A stretch of 64,000 bases of DNA from Octopus vulgaris (taxonomy: Eukaryota). Shown here piece by piece: positions 12,345 through 24,217 of this stretch (position 1 is its first letter; each line of letters opens with the position of its first letter). The DNA is taken from positions 34,348,001-34,412,000 of the forward strand of contig OX597829.1 in the NCBI GenBank assembly GCA_951406725.2. Direction: 5' to 3'. The position numbers and the translations under genes were made by a program. The notes under the pieces are model-generated. The model saw nothing but the letters and a program-made list of their open reading frames with translations. It had not been told where the DNA came from and ran no database searches.

Positions 12345-13915
12345 CAAGGTGGTATCAAAAAATTCCCGGACTAATTATGTAGCACACTAACAGGTGATAA
12401 CACACAGTTGTGTGCACAGTGAGGGCTAGCAGTGACCTTCATGAAGCAGTGTGCTGAGTGACATCACTGTATTTACTTTGCAAGTTGTAAAATTTGAGTT
12501 TTTGTGATCACATGTATGCTGTAGTCTGACATTTTGCATATATAAGAAATTGGAACAAAGAACCAACATGGAATTTTATGTTAATCCTGAGAAGTCTGCT
12601 ACAGAGACAGTGAGCATGCTTCGGCAAGCTTACACCAACGAGACAATGGGTTGTACTCATTGTTTTGAATGGCATGGGTACTTCAAAAATGGAAGAATGT
12701 CCATGGAAGATATGCCATGAGTGTCTTCCCCTGCAGAAGTGGAGAAAATTCATTGGCTTGTGCATGGGGATTGTTGGAGGACAATCAACATTGCTGATGT
12801 TGTTGATTTGTTGTATGGGTTCATGCAGGCAATCCTAATGGCTGAATTGACCATGCCAAGTTTGTCAATGTCTGTGGCATTGTGCATTGTGAATTCATCC
12901 CCTTGGACCTGAGAGTTCTACTGTAATGTTTTGAAGCATTTGAAGGAAAACATTTGGCAAAAGTGATCAGATCTGTGGAGTGCAAAGAATTGGATTCTTC
13001 TCAACAACAATGCATTCTATCACTGAGCTCTCCCGACTTGTGAGTTTCTCACCAGATACAACATGGTATCGCTTCCGTACCTGTCCTACTTGTCAGATTT
13101 AGCACCTATGGATTCCGTCTCTTCCTCAAGATGAAAATGCAGCTGAAAGGTTGCAGAAATTCATCAACTCACTTACGAAAAGCAACTTTTGGGCTGGATT
13201 CCAAAATTGGCAAGGATGCCGAGGCCAGTGTATTGCTGTGCAAGGTGATTATTTCAAAAGAGATGATGTTAAAATTTAACTAAATAAGTTATTTTTTATT
13301 AAACATAACTAGTCCAAGAATGTCAACTTGCTTATGGAAAATGACTTCCAGGCCAGTTTCCAAAAGTGGCAGGAATGCTGGGACTGTTGTATTGCTGTGC
13401 AAGATGAATATTTTGAAGGAGGTGAAGTTAAAACTTTGGTAAATAAGCAGAATTAGGAAAGTTGAAATATGTTCATCACACATTTCAACTGCTAAAAGGC
13501 AAATATACAGCAGATAGCATGGAGAAAAAAAATCTCTCTTATGGTAAAAAGGTGTAAAAACACCCAGTCCGTTCAGTATCCCCTTCTATTAGTAATCTCA
13601 GACATCAGTGTTTCAAGCTTATTGGCTATTTTTGATGAGATGTACCTAAGAGAGGCAACTCTAAACGGACTTATAAAGCTACAGCTTTATGCATAGTTCA
13701 ATCAATGTTGACTGATTTGCACTAGTTGATCGCCTGATTAAAGGAAAATAACGAATTATTAGTGCTATGCAGGGTTTATGTATAATTAGAATTAGGTAAC
13801 TTACCTAATTCTGCTCATACATAAACACTGATTAGCACTAATAATTCATTATTTTGGTAAATAAGTTATTTTTTATTAAACATAATTAGTCTGTGAACTT
13901 TTTGATACCACCTCA
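12345..13915 (+). mobile_element. Decayed mariner transposon with duplicated 3' end and nested insertion
   Basis: TA-flanked TIRs caaggtggtatcaaaaaattcccggactaattatgt / acataattagtctgtgaactttttgataccacctca. Transposase remnants: EQRTNMEF..KSATETVSMLRQAY..CFEWHGYFKNG, WILLNNNA, YLSDLAP. Confidence 0.85.
13448..13852 (-). mobile_element. Penelope-like non-autonomous insertion inside the mariner
   Basis: Flanked by direct repeat tttggtaaataag (13435-13447 / 13853-13865). Terminal fold-back at about 13747-13852. Degenerate hammerhead-like motif at 13596-13640 on the minus strand. Confidence 0.5.
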
Positions 13916-16092
13916 TATTTATTCAAATAAACACACACATTCTTTAGTTTTTGTAAATTTATCTTTTATATAATTTACTTAAAATTATCAATAAGATATC
14001 TAATTTTATCATTTCCTTTGAAGCCTATGTTCAATATTATATTAATATTAATATTAAGTTGCTTTAAATTTGTAACACTATGCTAGCTGAAATGAATATA
14101 ATTCTAACTTAAAACGAAGTAGAAAATTATCACAAGAGTTTTAATTCTGTATTTTACTATAAATAGAAGGGAAAATTTTTAGGCAATAGGTCCAAAAGTT
14201 AGATATATGCATGTGTTCTAATTCATTGTTCATCTTAAAATGATATTAATTATATTTTGTTGTGCCTAGGGAGAGTTATTAACACATGAACTCACATAAA
14301 GAATCTTGCTAACCAGATAAAAATATGAAATATTCATGATTCTTATAAAGAAATATTTCTGCCAGTCGACTTATTCTATATTGCTACCTTACAAAAATGT
14401 TGTCGATATTTCACTGCTATGTATTATTTATTTATAATATGATATATTAACACAGACATTAATTTGTAAATTGGCAGAATTATTTGAGCATCAGACAAAA
14501 TGCCTTACAGACTTCATTCTTTACATTCTGAGTTCAAATCTCACTGAGGACAACATTCTCTCCAGAGTCAACAAAGTGCTGGATGCCTCTTAAATCTACT
14601 AATGTTATTTATGCCTTCTCAATCTTTTTTATGCAAGAGTCTATAATTGGCTAAGAATACCAAACAAATCATCATCTTAGTGTGATTTGCAATATAAATG
14701 TAATGAAACCCCAACAGTTACAATATTCTTGTGAGGAGCAGTGCCACCAGATATTAATAACTTTGAAAGAAATTATGAGCAATGTCGCTAAATCCTATAA
14801 AAGAAAATGTGAAACATTTGTCAATGTCTATGACAAAAGTTAAGAAAAGAAGGCACCACTTTCTGGAACTATCTTAAGATAGTAGGATATACACTTGAGG
14901 TGCTATGAGTGGATGACACTGGTACACATGTGTAAACAATCATGAATGAAAAATTGTATTAATACCATCAAAACTAGTACAACACTCAGTTGATTACTTT
15001 GAAATTCTGATGAAGCATAAAAAAAGATTGCATTAAATGTAAATTAGTTTCATTTGAATCTTCAATAGCATATTCTTGTTTGCTTTTCCTTACTTGTCTT
15101 TACTTAACTTTTTTTTAACCCTCCCAGGCTTTTACTGCTTTTGAATTCTAAATTTCTCAAATCCTTGTTTAGTTCCCAATGTTGGTTTGCTAATATAACG
15201 ATGCTCTTTATATTTTGTAATTGTTGTTTCTTTTCTTCTACATCTGTCTCACCCCCTTTTAAATATAGTGATAATTCGAATTCTATTTCAGTTTATAGAT
15301 TCAGATAACTCAAAATGTGAAAGTACAATATGAATAACATTTTTTACATGATATATATGATCTATAGTATCATATCAAAACTAGAAGCACAGAGCAGTTG
15401 TGATAATCACAATGCACTCATTTAGTTTTTACTAAACTGCAGTAGGCTATGTTCTTTCATTACCCACAATTCACCATCATGAAACAGTATGGATGTAACC
15501 CACACATGTAAAATGCATCTTTTATGAATCCTTATAAAAATAGTAACTGACCATTTCTAAATTCCATATAATTTTTAAGGACTGTTGTGATATTTTTGGT
15601 TGCTAAGCAGGAATAAAATTTAACAACGTATCTTAAATATTATTGTCACAAAATCTTCCTGCTTTGATTGTAAATTAGATAAACTTCTTAGTAAGTGCTC
15701 CAATTAATCTACCATTACCAGTTTCCTTGAATTGCTTGAAACCAGACATGTGTGTATGTGTCTTTTGGTATGTATGTGTGTGTGTGTGCATTAATGTGTA
15801 TGTATATACATATTGGGGAAAATTAAGCTGAACATCGAAATTCATATTTAGTCCATATGTATGTTTCACCATTTGGAACTCAGTGTTAGATGTACATTTG
15901 TTTGCTTAACTAAAATTGATCATCAAGAGCACAATTTATTGCATTCTCTTATAGAGATTGACTATTAAAATTTTGGGACTACAGGCATTCTGGGATACGG
16001 CCTTGAAAGGCTTTTGCCGAACAAATCCCCCTAAGCAGTGTTGTAGGACAAACATAAAGATACACGCATGTGCATGCAGACACACACACATA

Positions 16093-18839
16093 AGGCAACT
16101 CTGCAAGCCAGATTGATTTCATCCTCACCAGTCAGCAGGATACAAGGTTGCTCTTAAATACAAAGACCCTCCCTGGTGAAGAATGTACCCCTCAGCATAG
16201 ACTAGTCATTAGTGACTTTAGACTCAAGGCCAGAAGGATGCCAATCCAGAAAAGATGGATTTGGAAGCTAAAGAACCCTTCACATGGTCAGAGATTTAGG
16301 GACATCATCATTGAGAAATTTGATGAGAGGGAGGAGGAGTTACAGACTTGGGACATAGAGGGTAACTGGAAATTCCTACAGGACAGCTTAATGAGTGCTG
16401 CAGACCAAATCTGCGGCTGGTGCAAAGTCTCTTCCAGACCTAGAGTAATGTGATGGTGGAATAATACAGTAGACAAGGCCATTAGATTAAAGAAACAGGC
16501 CTGGAAAGCCTGGAAGAGTGGGGGTAGCAGGGAGCTGTACCAGATAGCCAGAAAGGAAGCTGGGAGACAGGTATACATAGCCAAGGGAGAAGCAGAAAAG
16601 AAGTGAGGACCAAAAAACTGAAGTATTTTGGATTGCAAGACAGTGTGTGAGAGAAAATTGTGATGTCACAGGAGAGAAATGTGCCCGCATGGATAATGGT
16701 GCACTTGCTTTTAATGATTCTGCAAAGAAAGAGGCTTGGAAAAGCCATTATGAAAGACTGCCGAATGTGGAGAATGAATGGGAAGAGGAGAGCCTGCCAA
16801 ATGTTGACCGAGTTGAGGGACCAGCTACCCGAATCGATAGCACCCTGGTAGATAAAGCAATTAAGGATATGAAGTCAGGAAAAGCTCCCAGCCCATCAGG
16901 AATCACTGCTGAGATGCTTAAAATATCTGGTGGTATGAGTTATGGTCTAGTCACCCGTATTGTAAACCAGGTAGTTCACGAAGGAGTCATACCCAATGAT
17001 TAGTATAGCAGCACCATAGTCAGTTGCTTCAAAGATAAAGGTGATGCTTTAGATAGAAATAACTACAGGGGTACAGGGGTATCAAACTGCTGGATCAGGT
17101 GATGAAGGTCAAGGAGATGGTCATAGCCCAACTAATTAGGGAGAGAGTCAGTCTAGATGAGATGCAGTTTGATTTTGTGCCTGGTAGATGCACCACTGAG
17201 GCTATATTCCTGGTAAGACAACTGCAGGAGAAATACCTAGCCAAAGATAAACTCCTATACTTGGCTTTTGTTGACTTATCTGGTGGGTGATGTGGAAACT
17301 AGGGCTAGACAAGTGGTTAATAAGAGCTGTACAGGGATGCTGTCAGTAAGGTATGGGTCAGCAATGAGTATAGTGAAGAATTCCGGGTAGAAGTAGGGGT
17401 TCACCTAGGATCAGCCCTGAGCCCCTCTTATTCATCATAGTCCTCTAGGCAATAACAGGAATTCAAGACAGGCTGCCCCTGGGAGTTCCTCTATGCTGAT
17501 GTCTTGCTCTCATAGCAAAATCACTACTTGAACTAGAGAAGAAATTTCAGGTGTGGAAGCAAGGTTTAGAATTGAAGGACCTTAGCATCAGTGTTGCAAA
17601 AACCAAAGTCCTAGTAAGTAAGAAGGTGAACAAATCACAAAACCTTCAGGTAGATGGCCCTGCTTGATCTGTAGAAAAGGTGTTGGTAGAAACTCCATAA
17701 AATGTAGCCAGTATAAGCTCTGGATGCATAAAAGGTGCAGCAACATCAAAGGATGGTTAACCAGGATGATATCTTTTGTGTGTGGCAGATGCACAGGGGC
17801 TATAAACACCGAAGATGCTCAGTGACAAAGGGCCTCTCACTCAAAGTGAAAGGTAGACTGTATGATGCATGTGTGAACAGCCATGCTACATGGCAGTAAA
17901 ACATGAGCCATGACTGCTGAAGACATGGATAGGCTTGAAAGAAATGAAGCTAGCATGATCCACTAGATGTGTAATGTCAGTGTGCACACACAACACAGTG
18001 TCCTGAGAAAAATGTTGGACACAAGAAGCATTGGATATCGTGTACAAGAGTGAGAACTGTGCTGATATGGTCATGTGCTGTGTATGGATGAGGAGAGCTT
18101 TGTGAAGAAGTGTCACTCCCTAACATTGGAAGGAACCCATGGAAGAGGGAGACCCAAGAAGACACGGGATGAGATGGTGAAGCATGACCTTCGAATGTTG
18201 GGCCTCACAGAGGTAATGACATGAGACCGAGACCTCTGGAGATATGCTGTGATTGAGAAGACCCTGCAAGTAAAGTGTGATCACAGCTGTAGCCTATACC
18301 AGTGTTGCATAACCAGCCTATTTAAAAAGTATGTTTGAATCATTTGGCAACATGCCGTGCTTGAGGAGACCTATTGAGTCAACTAAAATCAAAGATCAAA
18401 ATCACAATCAAGAATGGAAATTGTAGTTGTGGTCAATGCCAGTGCTGCCTGACTGGCTCTCATGCTGGTGGCACACAAGCACCATTCATGCATGTGTTGT
18501 TGCCAGTCTCGCCTAACTGGCTCCCCATGCTGGTGGCACTCAAAAAGCACCATCTGAATTTGGTCGATGCCAGCCCCTCCCACTTCCCCCATACCGGTAG
18601 CATGTAAAAAGCAGCATCGGAACATGACTGATGTCAGTGTCGCCTGACTGGCTCCCGTGCCGGTGGCACATAAGAAGTACCCACTACACTCTCGGAATGG
18701 TTGGCATTAGGAAGGGCATCCAGCTGTAGAAACATTGCCAGATCAGATTGGAGCCAGTTGTGACCTGGCTTGTCAGTCCCCAGTCAAACTGTCCAACCCA
18801 TGCCAGCATGGAAAACGGATGTTAAACAATGATGATGAT
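16093..18839 (+). mobile_element. RTE-clade LINE, 5'-truncated and decayed
   Basis: APE end (ECTPQHRLVISDF), RT motifs (GKAPSPSGITAEMLK, QFDFVPGRCTTEAIFLVRQLQEKY, LAFVDL, LYAD), GRGRPKKT, ~65-bp internal repeats in the 3' UTR, (GAT)n tail. Confidence 0.92.
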
Positions 18840-18844
18840 ATGGG

Positions 18845-19830
18845 AAATGAAAGATGGATGATGGAATATACGAGAATTTATTTTTAATTACAACAATTGT
18901 TTCAACACATCTAGCATCGATTCCTCATGGGTGGGACACACAACAACAGGTTGAGGAGCATCCGGTGGTGCAGATGTATCTTGTCAGGTGATAAATAAAT
19001 ACAACTCATTAAAATTACTGTTCTGCAGTGTAACTTTCCGTTTTGTAGAAAGAAAAGCAGCCAGACAGAGGAAATATCTTCATTTATATAGAAGATCAAA
19101 AATAAAATCACGAATGGCAAAAAGAGAAATGAACACGCAATACAGCGAGAAAATTATAAATAATTACCGTTTACAGATATGGATGTATAAATGCCCTCGA
19201 GCAAGCTGCAAAATGTGAGTATACGCACACATGAGGTTTGGTGCACTCATGATCACAAAACGAGTTAGCTATCTACTTCGTGTTTATAAGAATGGGGAGG
19301 TTATAAGTAAACTTAAGTCATCCATACTTTAAAGTAAATTAAATTAAGTTAATGGTTACTCAAAATTCATTCTCACTGCATTGTGTGAACGTACATTTAT
19401 ATGCGTATAGGCATCTCGAGAGTTGTTCAGAAATTCTATTAATGATTTTCTTGTTAGTCCACAGAATAGACAGGGATTCCTCAGAGCAGAGACGGTATTA
19501 CTATGGACCAATTAATGCTGTACTTCATTTTGCCCTCATTTCAGTCACGATACAAAATCTGCCAAAGATGTTGAATGTCTCTTATTGATTGTCTTAAAGC
19601 TGGCAACATAGTTATGATAATAATTCTTAAATGAATCAGCCATCTGCCCAATGTAAACATATGGGCCTCCCCTTGTGTGCACGGTACATTTATATACAAG
19701 GTTTGTATTCATACAGGGATTCATCAAAGGACATTTTGATTTTTCTCTGCATGAGCATTGATCATATTTATTTGCATATAAGGCAGTCCAGACTCCATTT
19801 ATCAGCATTGTTACTGTGTTAGCTGTATCA
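18845..19830 (-). mobile_element. Penelope-like element 3' part (GIY-YIG fragment plus pLTR with hammerhead motif)
   Basis: ORF 19545-19808: CSCREKSKCPLMNPCMNTNLVYKCTV...YIGQ...FKNYYHNY..SF...STSLADFV. Its non-coding end recurs at 22850-23520 and 32230-33000. Confidence 0.8.
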
Positions 19831-19852
19831 TAAGTATATATATATATTTGAT

Positions 19853-20010
19853 GGGATTCTTTCAGTTTCTGTCTACCAAATACACTCAGAAGGCTTTAGT
19901 CAACTCTAAGCTATAATAGAAAACACTTGCCTAAAGTGACAATCAGTGGGACTGAACCCAAAACTACATGGTTGGGAAGCAAGCTTCTTACCACACAGTC
20001 ACAGTTGCAT
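19853..20010 (-). mobile_element. tRNA-derived SINE head (OR2-like)
   Basis: Reverse complement of the first ~160 nt of 38217-38610. Confidence 0.75.
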
Positions 20011-20429
20011 CTATGCATATATAATATATATTTTATTTCGGTTGAGTCAATTTCTTGCTACTCTGAGTTTCACTTGTACAGGATCTTCAGGCAGGCTATG
20101 ACAGGAAGTTTGCACATCTCTATGTAGTTTATTGTGATAGGGTATGATGATGGAGAAAATCTATGATAAAAGAAGAAAAAGAGGAAAGAAAATATAAAGG
20201 AAAAGAAAGAAGGAATGATTAAGAAAATAATATGTAATCCTGACAACATTTGAAATGAATAACAGCAGTTAAACAGATTGAAAGGTAGTAATATGGTAAA
20301 CAAAATATAGAAGAATACAAAAAATATTTAAGGAATAAATAAAAAACAGTAAGAGGTATCAGCAGAAAGTTCAAAATTGCTAAGAAATATGAAAGATGAA
20401 AAGAAATCACCGCAACATGGACGCTGATT

Positions 20430-21025
20430 TTGGAGGAATGGTCAGTAGTTCATAAAGTAACAATTGAAACTATAGTCATCCAGTACTGTTTGCAGAGGGA
20501 TAGTCAATAGTTCAAGAATTCAAAAGGTACAATTAAAGGGGTAGCCATATGGTACTACCTTTGGAGGGGTGACCAATAGTTCAGAAACTGAAAATTGAAG
20601 TGATAGTGGAGGGGTACTGTTTGTAGAGGGGTGTGTAGTCGTTCAAAATGTAACTGTTGAAGTGGTAGTCATGCAGTACAGTTTATAGAGGAGTGGTCAA
20701 TAGTTCAAAAAGTAACTAAGTGATAATCACGGGCTATTGTTTTCTTGAAATGATTCAAAACATCAAAAGCTTGACAATTGAAGTGATACTCACAGGGTAC
20801 TCTGTTAATGGATGTGGTGAATTCTTCAAGCAGTAACAATAGGAGAGGATACTTTTTTTTTTTTTGGAATGGTGGTCAGTTGTTCAAAAAGTGATAATTG
20901 AAGTGATAGTCATGGGGTACAGTTTTTGCATGAATGCTCAATATTTCAAGCATTAACTGAAGAAAAAATCATAGGGTAATGTTGGTTAGAGTGGTAGTGA
21001 AAACTTCAAAACCTAACAATTGATG
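20430..21025. repeat. Diverged ~60-bp minisatellite, about 10 units
   Basis: Approximate unit GGAGGGGTGGTCAATAGTTCAAAAAGTAACAATTGAAGTGATAGTCATGGGGTACTGTTT. Confidence 0.8.
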
Positions 21026-21034
21026 ACACTTTAT

Positions 21035-21077
<43 letters not shown>

Positions 21078-21139
21078 TATGTGTGTGTGTGTGTGTGTGT
21101 GCAAATTTTTCCCTTGTTAACAATTAACACAGAAAATTA

Positions 21140-22205
21140 TTAATTATTCCATATGGAAGGCAAATTAAATCTAATCTTCCTTTGCAGTTTCGTGAAGCTA
21201 ATATTAGGAATTTTTCAGAGAATTCTAGGTATTACTATATTATCAACTCACACATGGTTAGGATTGGTTTTTCCAACACAAAAAATCTCTTACAAATTAT
21301 CTCTTCACATAATATCAACCTATTAAATATTGATACATTTACTAATACTAACATTAATTTAGCTAATACCATCCATCCCTCTAGAAATATTGATAACAAG
21401 GTTATTGTATCTGAAGTCAATTACAACAGAATCAAGTTAATGTCAAGTAACTCTAAAATTAAAAATTCTATATACCAGTGTAAAATTACTACTCGTAATG
21501 AAGTATATTTTTATATAGGAAGCACATCTTCTCACTTATCTAAAAAAATTTCTAATCATTACTCTACATTTAGAGATAGAAATAAATGTAACAGTACAGG
21601 GCTTAGTAAATTAATTTGGGATCTAAAAGACCACAATAAACAATTTAATTTAGATTGGTTGATTCTCTCAATCTTGATACCTTATGACAAAGGCAAGGAA
21701 TTCTGTCTTCTCTGTAATTCTGAACTATTTTTAATTCTTTTTTCTAAAAATCCCCTTGTTATAGAGTGTGCATACTAATGTAAACATTGGCAGAAACACA
21801 TTTAGTTCATATATAATTTAAACATTAATTTTCTTCTTACATTTCACATTCACTAGATATATATTTTTCCTTGTCTATATGGTTTTATTTAATATACATA
21901 TAGTCATGTGCTTCTTATTTATTTAGTTTTTCTTTCCTTTATCCCTCCTCTTTCTATAGGCTGCCTCTGATGTTATATCCTATAACGTTTTTTTGAAACA
22001 ATCTTAATAGCGTTCAGTTAATCACTATACATATCCATAATTTTCTGTTAAAATGTCTTATTGACAAGTTTCATTTCTTCCCTTCCCTGAAGAGAAGATT
22101 ACATTGTTTTACACCATTTTATTCCTTTGGAATAATACCAGTGATATCTTCGAAACGTGTCAGAAGAAAAAGAATTTGAATAACACCTGCGTTTAACTCC
22201 TTTTA
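21140..22205 (+). mobile_element. Penelope-like element 3' part (GIY-YIG ORF 21182-21778 plus pLTR hammerhead)
   Basis: NSIYQCKI...YIGSTS..LSKKISNHYSTF...STGLSKLIWDLK...CLLCNSE, followed by a hammerhead motif at 22082-22166. Confidence 0.85.
22082..22166 (+). ncRNA. Type-I hammerhead ribozyme motif
   Basis: cttcc-CTGAAGA(22087-93)-GAAGAT...ATCTTC-GAAAC(22152-56)-GT-GTC-agaag. Core intact; stem I has a mismatch next to the cleavage site. Confidence 0.65.
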
Positions 22206-22453
22206 TATGTAGGTATATATATATAGAGAGAGATAATGCTGTCATTGAGACCCAAAGGTGTCAGGTAATGCTGAATAAGTGCTATAGACAGACTATAGTT
22301 AAGTTCTAGATTCGGTAATATTGTGAATAAAGGGTTCAACGTTGGTTCTATGTCAGCGTGTGTATATAAGAATTTTTTGCGTAATTAGATAAAAAACCCA
22401 AACTATTTGTATCACATCGAAACTAACTATGACTTAATTTTTCCTCTCACACC

Positions 22454-22505
22454 GTCTCCGATGAAGGGATATTATTAATTAATATCCTAGAAACAGCTGT
22501 AAGAC
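22454..22505 (+). ncRNA. Type-I hammerhead motif, U4C variant core
   Basis: gtct-CCGATGA-agggatatt..aatatccta-GAAAC-AGCT-GTA-agac. A second copy lies on the minus strand at 24278-24327. Confidence 0.6.
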
Positions 22506-22695
22506 CTATCTATAAATGCTCTAATATGTATACAGCCTTGGTTTTTTATCTTATTACACAAAAAATTCAACGTAAACACGAAGTTTCTACCTTTATAAAC
22601 AAGGAGTTACAACACCTTTACTTGTGAGATTTTTGCTGCCCTGGTAACTATTTATTTATTTTCCGTGTTAATTGTTAACAAGGTAAAATACACTC

Positions 22696-22764
<69 letters not shown>

Positions 22765-22770
<6 letters not shown>

Positions 22771-23520
22771 GTAAATGATATATGAAAGACAAGATGGAAT
22801 ATATGAGAATTTATTATTGATCATGACAATTGTTTTGACACATCAAGTCTAATGAGATCATTCCTTAATGAGAAGATCATTAATAGAATTTCTGAATGTA
22901 CTTTCACACAATGCAGTGGGAATGAATTTTAAGTAACTGTTAACATAATTTACTTTAAGGTATGGATGAATTAGGTTCAGTTTTAACCTCCCCATTCTTA
23001 TAAACACCAAGTAGCTATTTAACTCACTTTGTAATCATGAGTGCATGAATCCACACGTGCGCATATGCTTATATTTTCACAGATGCTTGTAAGAGAGAGT
23101 GTACATGTACCATGCAGCTTGCACAGGAGTGTTTCTACATCCATATTTTTTAATGGTTATTTTTAGTACTTTTCTCGCTGTATTGCATGTTCATTTCTTT
23201 TTTGCAGCTGTGATTTTATTTTTGATCTTCTATTTCCTTTGTTATGCTGCTTTTCTTTCTATGAAATGAGAAGATACATTGCGGAACTGTTATTTTAACA
23301 AGTTGTCTTTTTATCACTCAATAAGACACATCTGCACTGTCGGATGCTCCTGAAACAGCTGTTAAGTCTCCATGAGGGATCGATGCTAGATCTGTTGAAA
23401 CAATTGTCGTGATTAATAATAAATTCTTATATATTCCATCTTCTGTCTTTCATTTACCATATATATAACAATCACTGTGAAAGTGACCCTGCTTTACCAG
23501 TAAGCTACCAGCTATAAACC
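22765..23520 (+). mobile_element. Penelope-like pLTR fragment with inverted 5' partial repeat
   Basis: 22765-22844 is the reverse complement of about 23389-23468. The body matches 18845-19460 (-) and 32290-33000 (+). Confidence 0.7.
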
Positions 23521-23607
23521 ATTCGTTTTATTATCCAATATATACATGTGTGTGTATGTATGTACATATATGTCTCCCTATATACACACACATTATCTAT
23601 CTATTTA

Positions 23608-23656
<49 letters not shown>

Positions 23657-23659
<3 letters not shown>

Positions 23660-24071
23660 CAAAATAAGTAACAAGGATATCCAGAGGTAATGCAGTATGA
23701 CCATTTCATGCGACTCCATTTAATTGAACTATGTAAACATTATATCAATTTAAAATGTAGAGCAATCTTCAGCTGCATAAAAATATAGATTTTGTTAAAT
23801 TCGAAGGACTCATTTGTATAATTTTTTATCCAAAATCACCAAGAGGATCGGTAAAACATGTTATTTGTCTATCTTGTTATACTCTTGGTGATTTTGGATA
23901 AAAAATTATACAAATGAGTCCTTTGAATTTAACTAAATTCTATATTTTTATGCAGCTGAAGATTGCTCTACATTTTAAATTGATGTAATGTTTGCATTGT
24001 TCAATTACATGGAGTCGCATGAAACAATCGTACTGCATTACCTCTGGATATCCTTGTTGCTTATTTTGATT
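23657..24071. repeat. Fold-back element with ~190-bp arms, each carrying a hammerhead motif
   Basis: Arms 23657-23845 and 23882-24071 are near reverse complements with a 36-nt spacer. Confidence 0.9.
23950..24038 (+). ncRNA. Type-I hammerhead ribozyme motif with long helix II
   Basis: ATGCAG-CTGAAGA(23956-62)-long hairpin-GAAAC(24021-25)-AATC-GTA-CTGCAT. Helix I is a perfect 6 bp. Confidence 0.7.
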
Positions 24072-24170
24072 GTAATCACCTTATTTTAAATTATATGGAT
24101 AATACCATACTAAAATCTGGTGCCTTCAACTTAAGTACCATATTCATCTGAATCTAAATTTTACTGAACT

Positions 24171-24217
<47 letters not shown>

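Noticed and set aside
13511-13543. Possible phase-1 micro-exon in the long intron (cag|CAGATAGC...TATG|gtaaaa)
   Set aside because: It lies inside a mobile insertion, has no polypyrimidine tract, and the protein aligns acceptably without it.
20430-21025. CRISPR-like regular spacing
   Set aside because: Units are contiguous diverged tandem copies without unique spacers, the context is a eukaryotic intron, and there are no cas genes.
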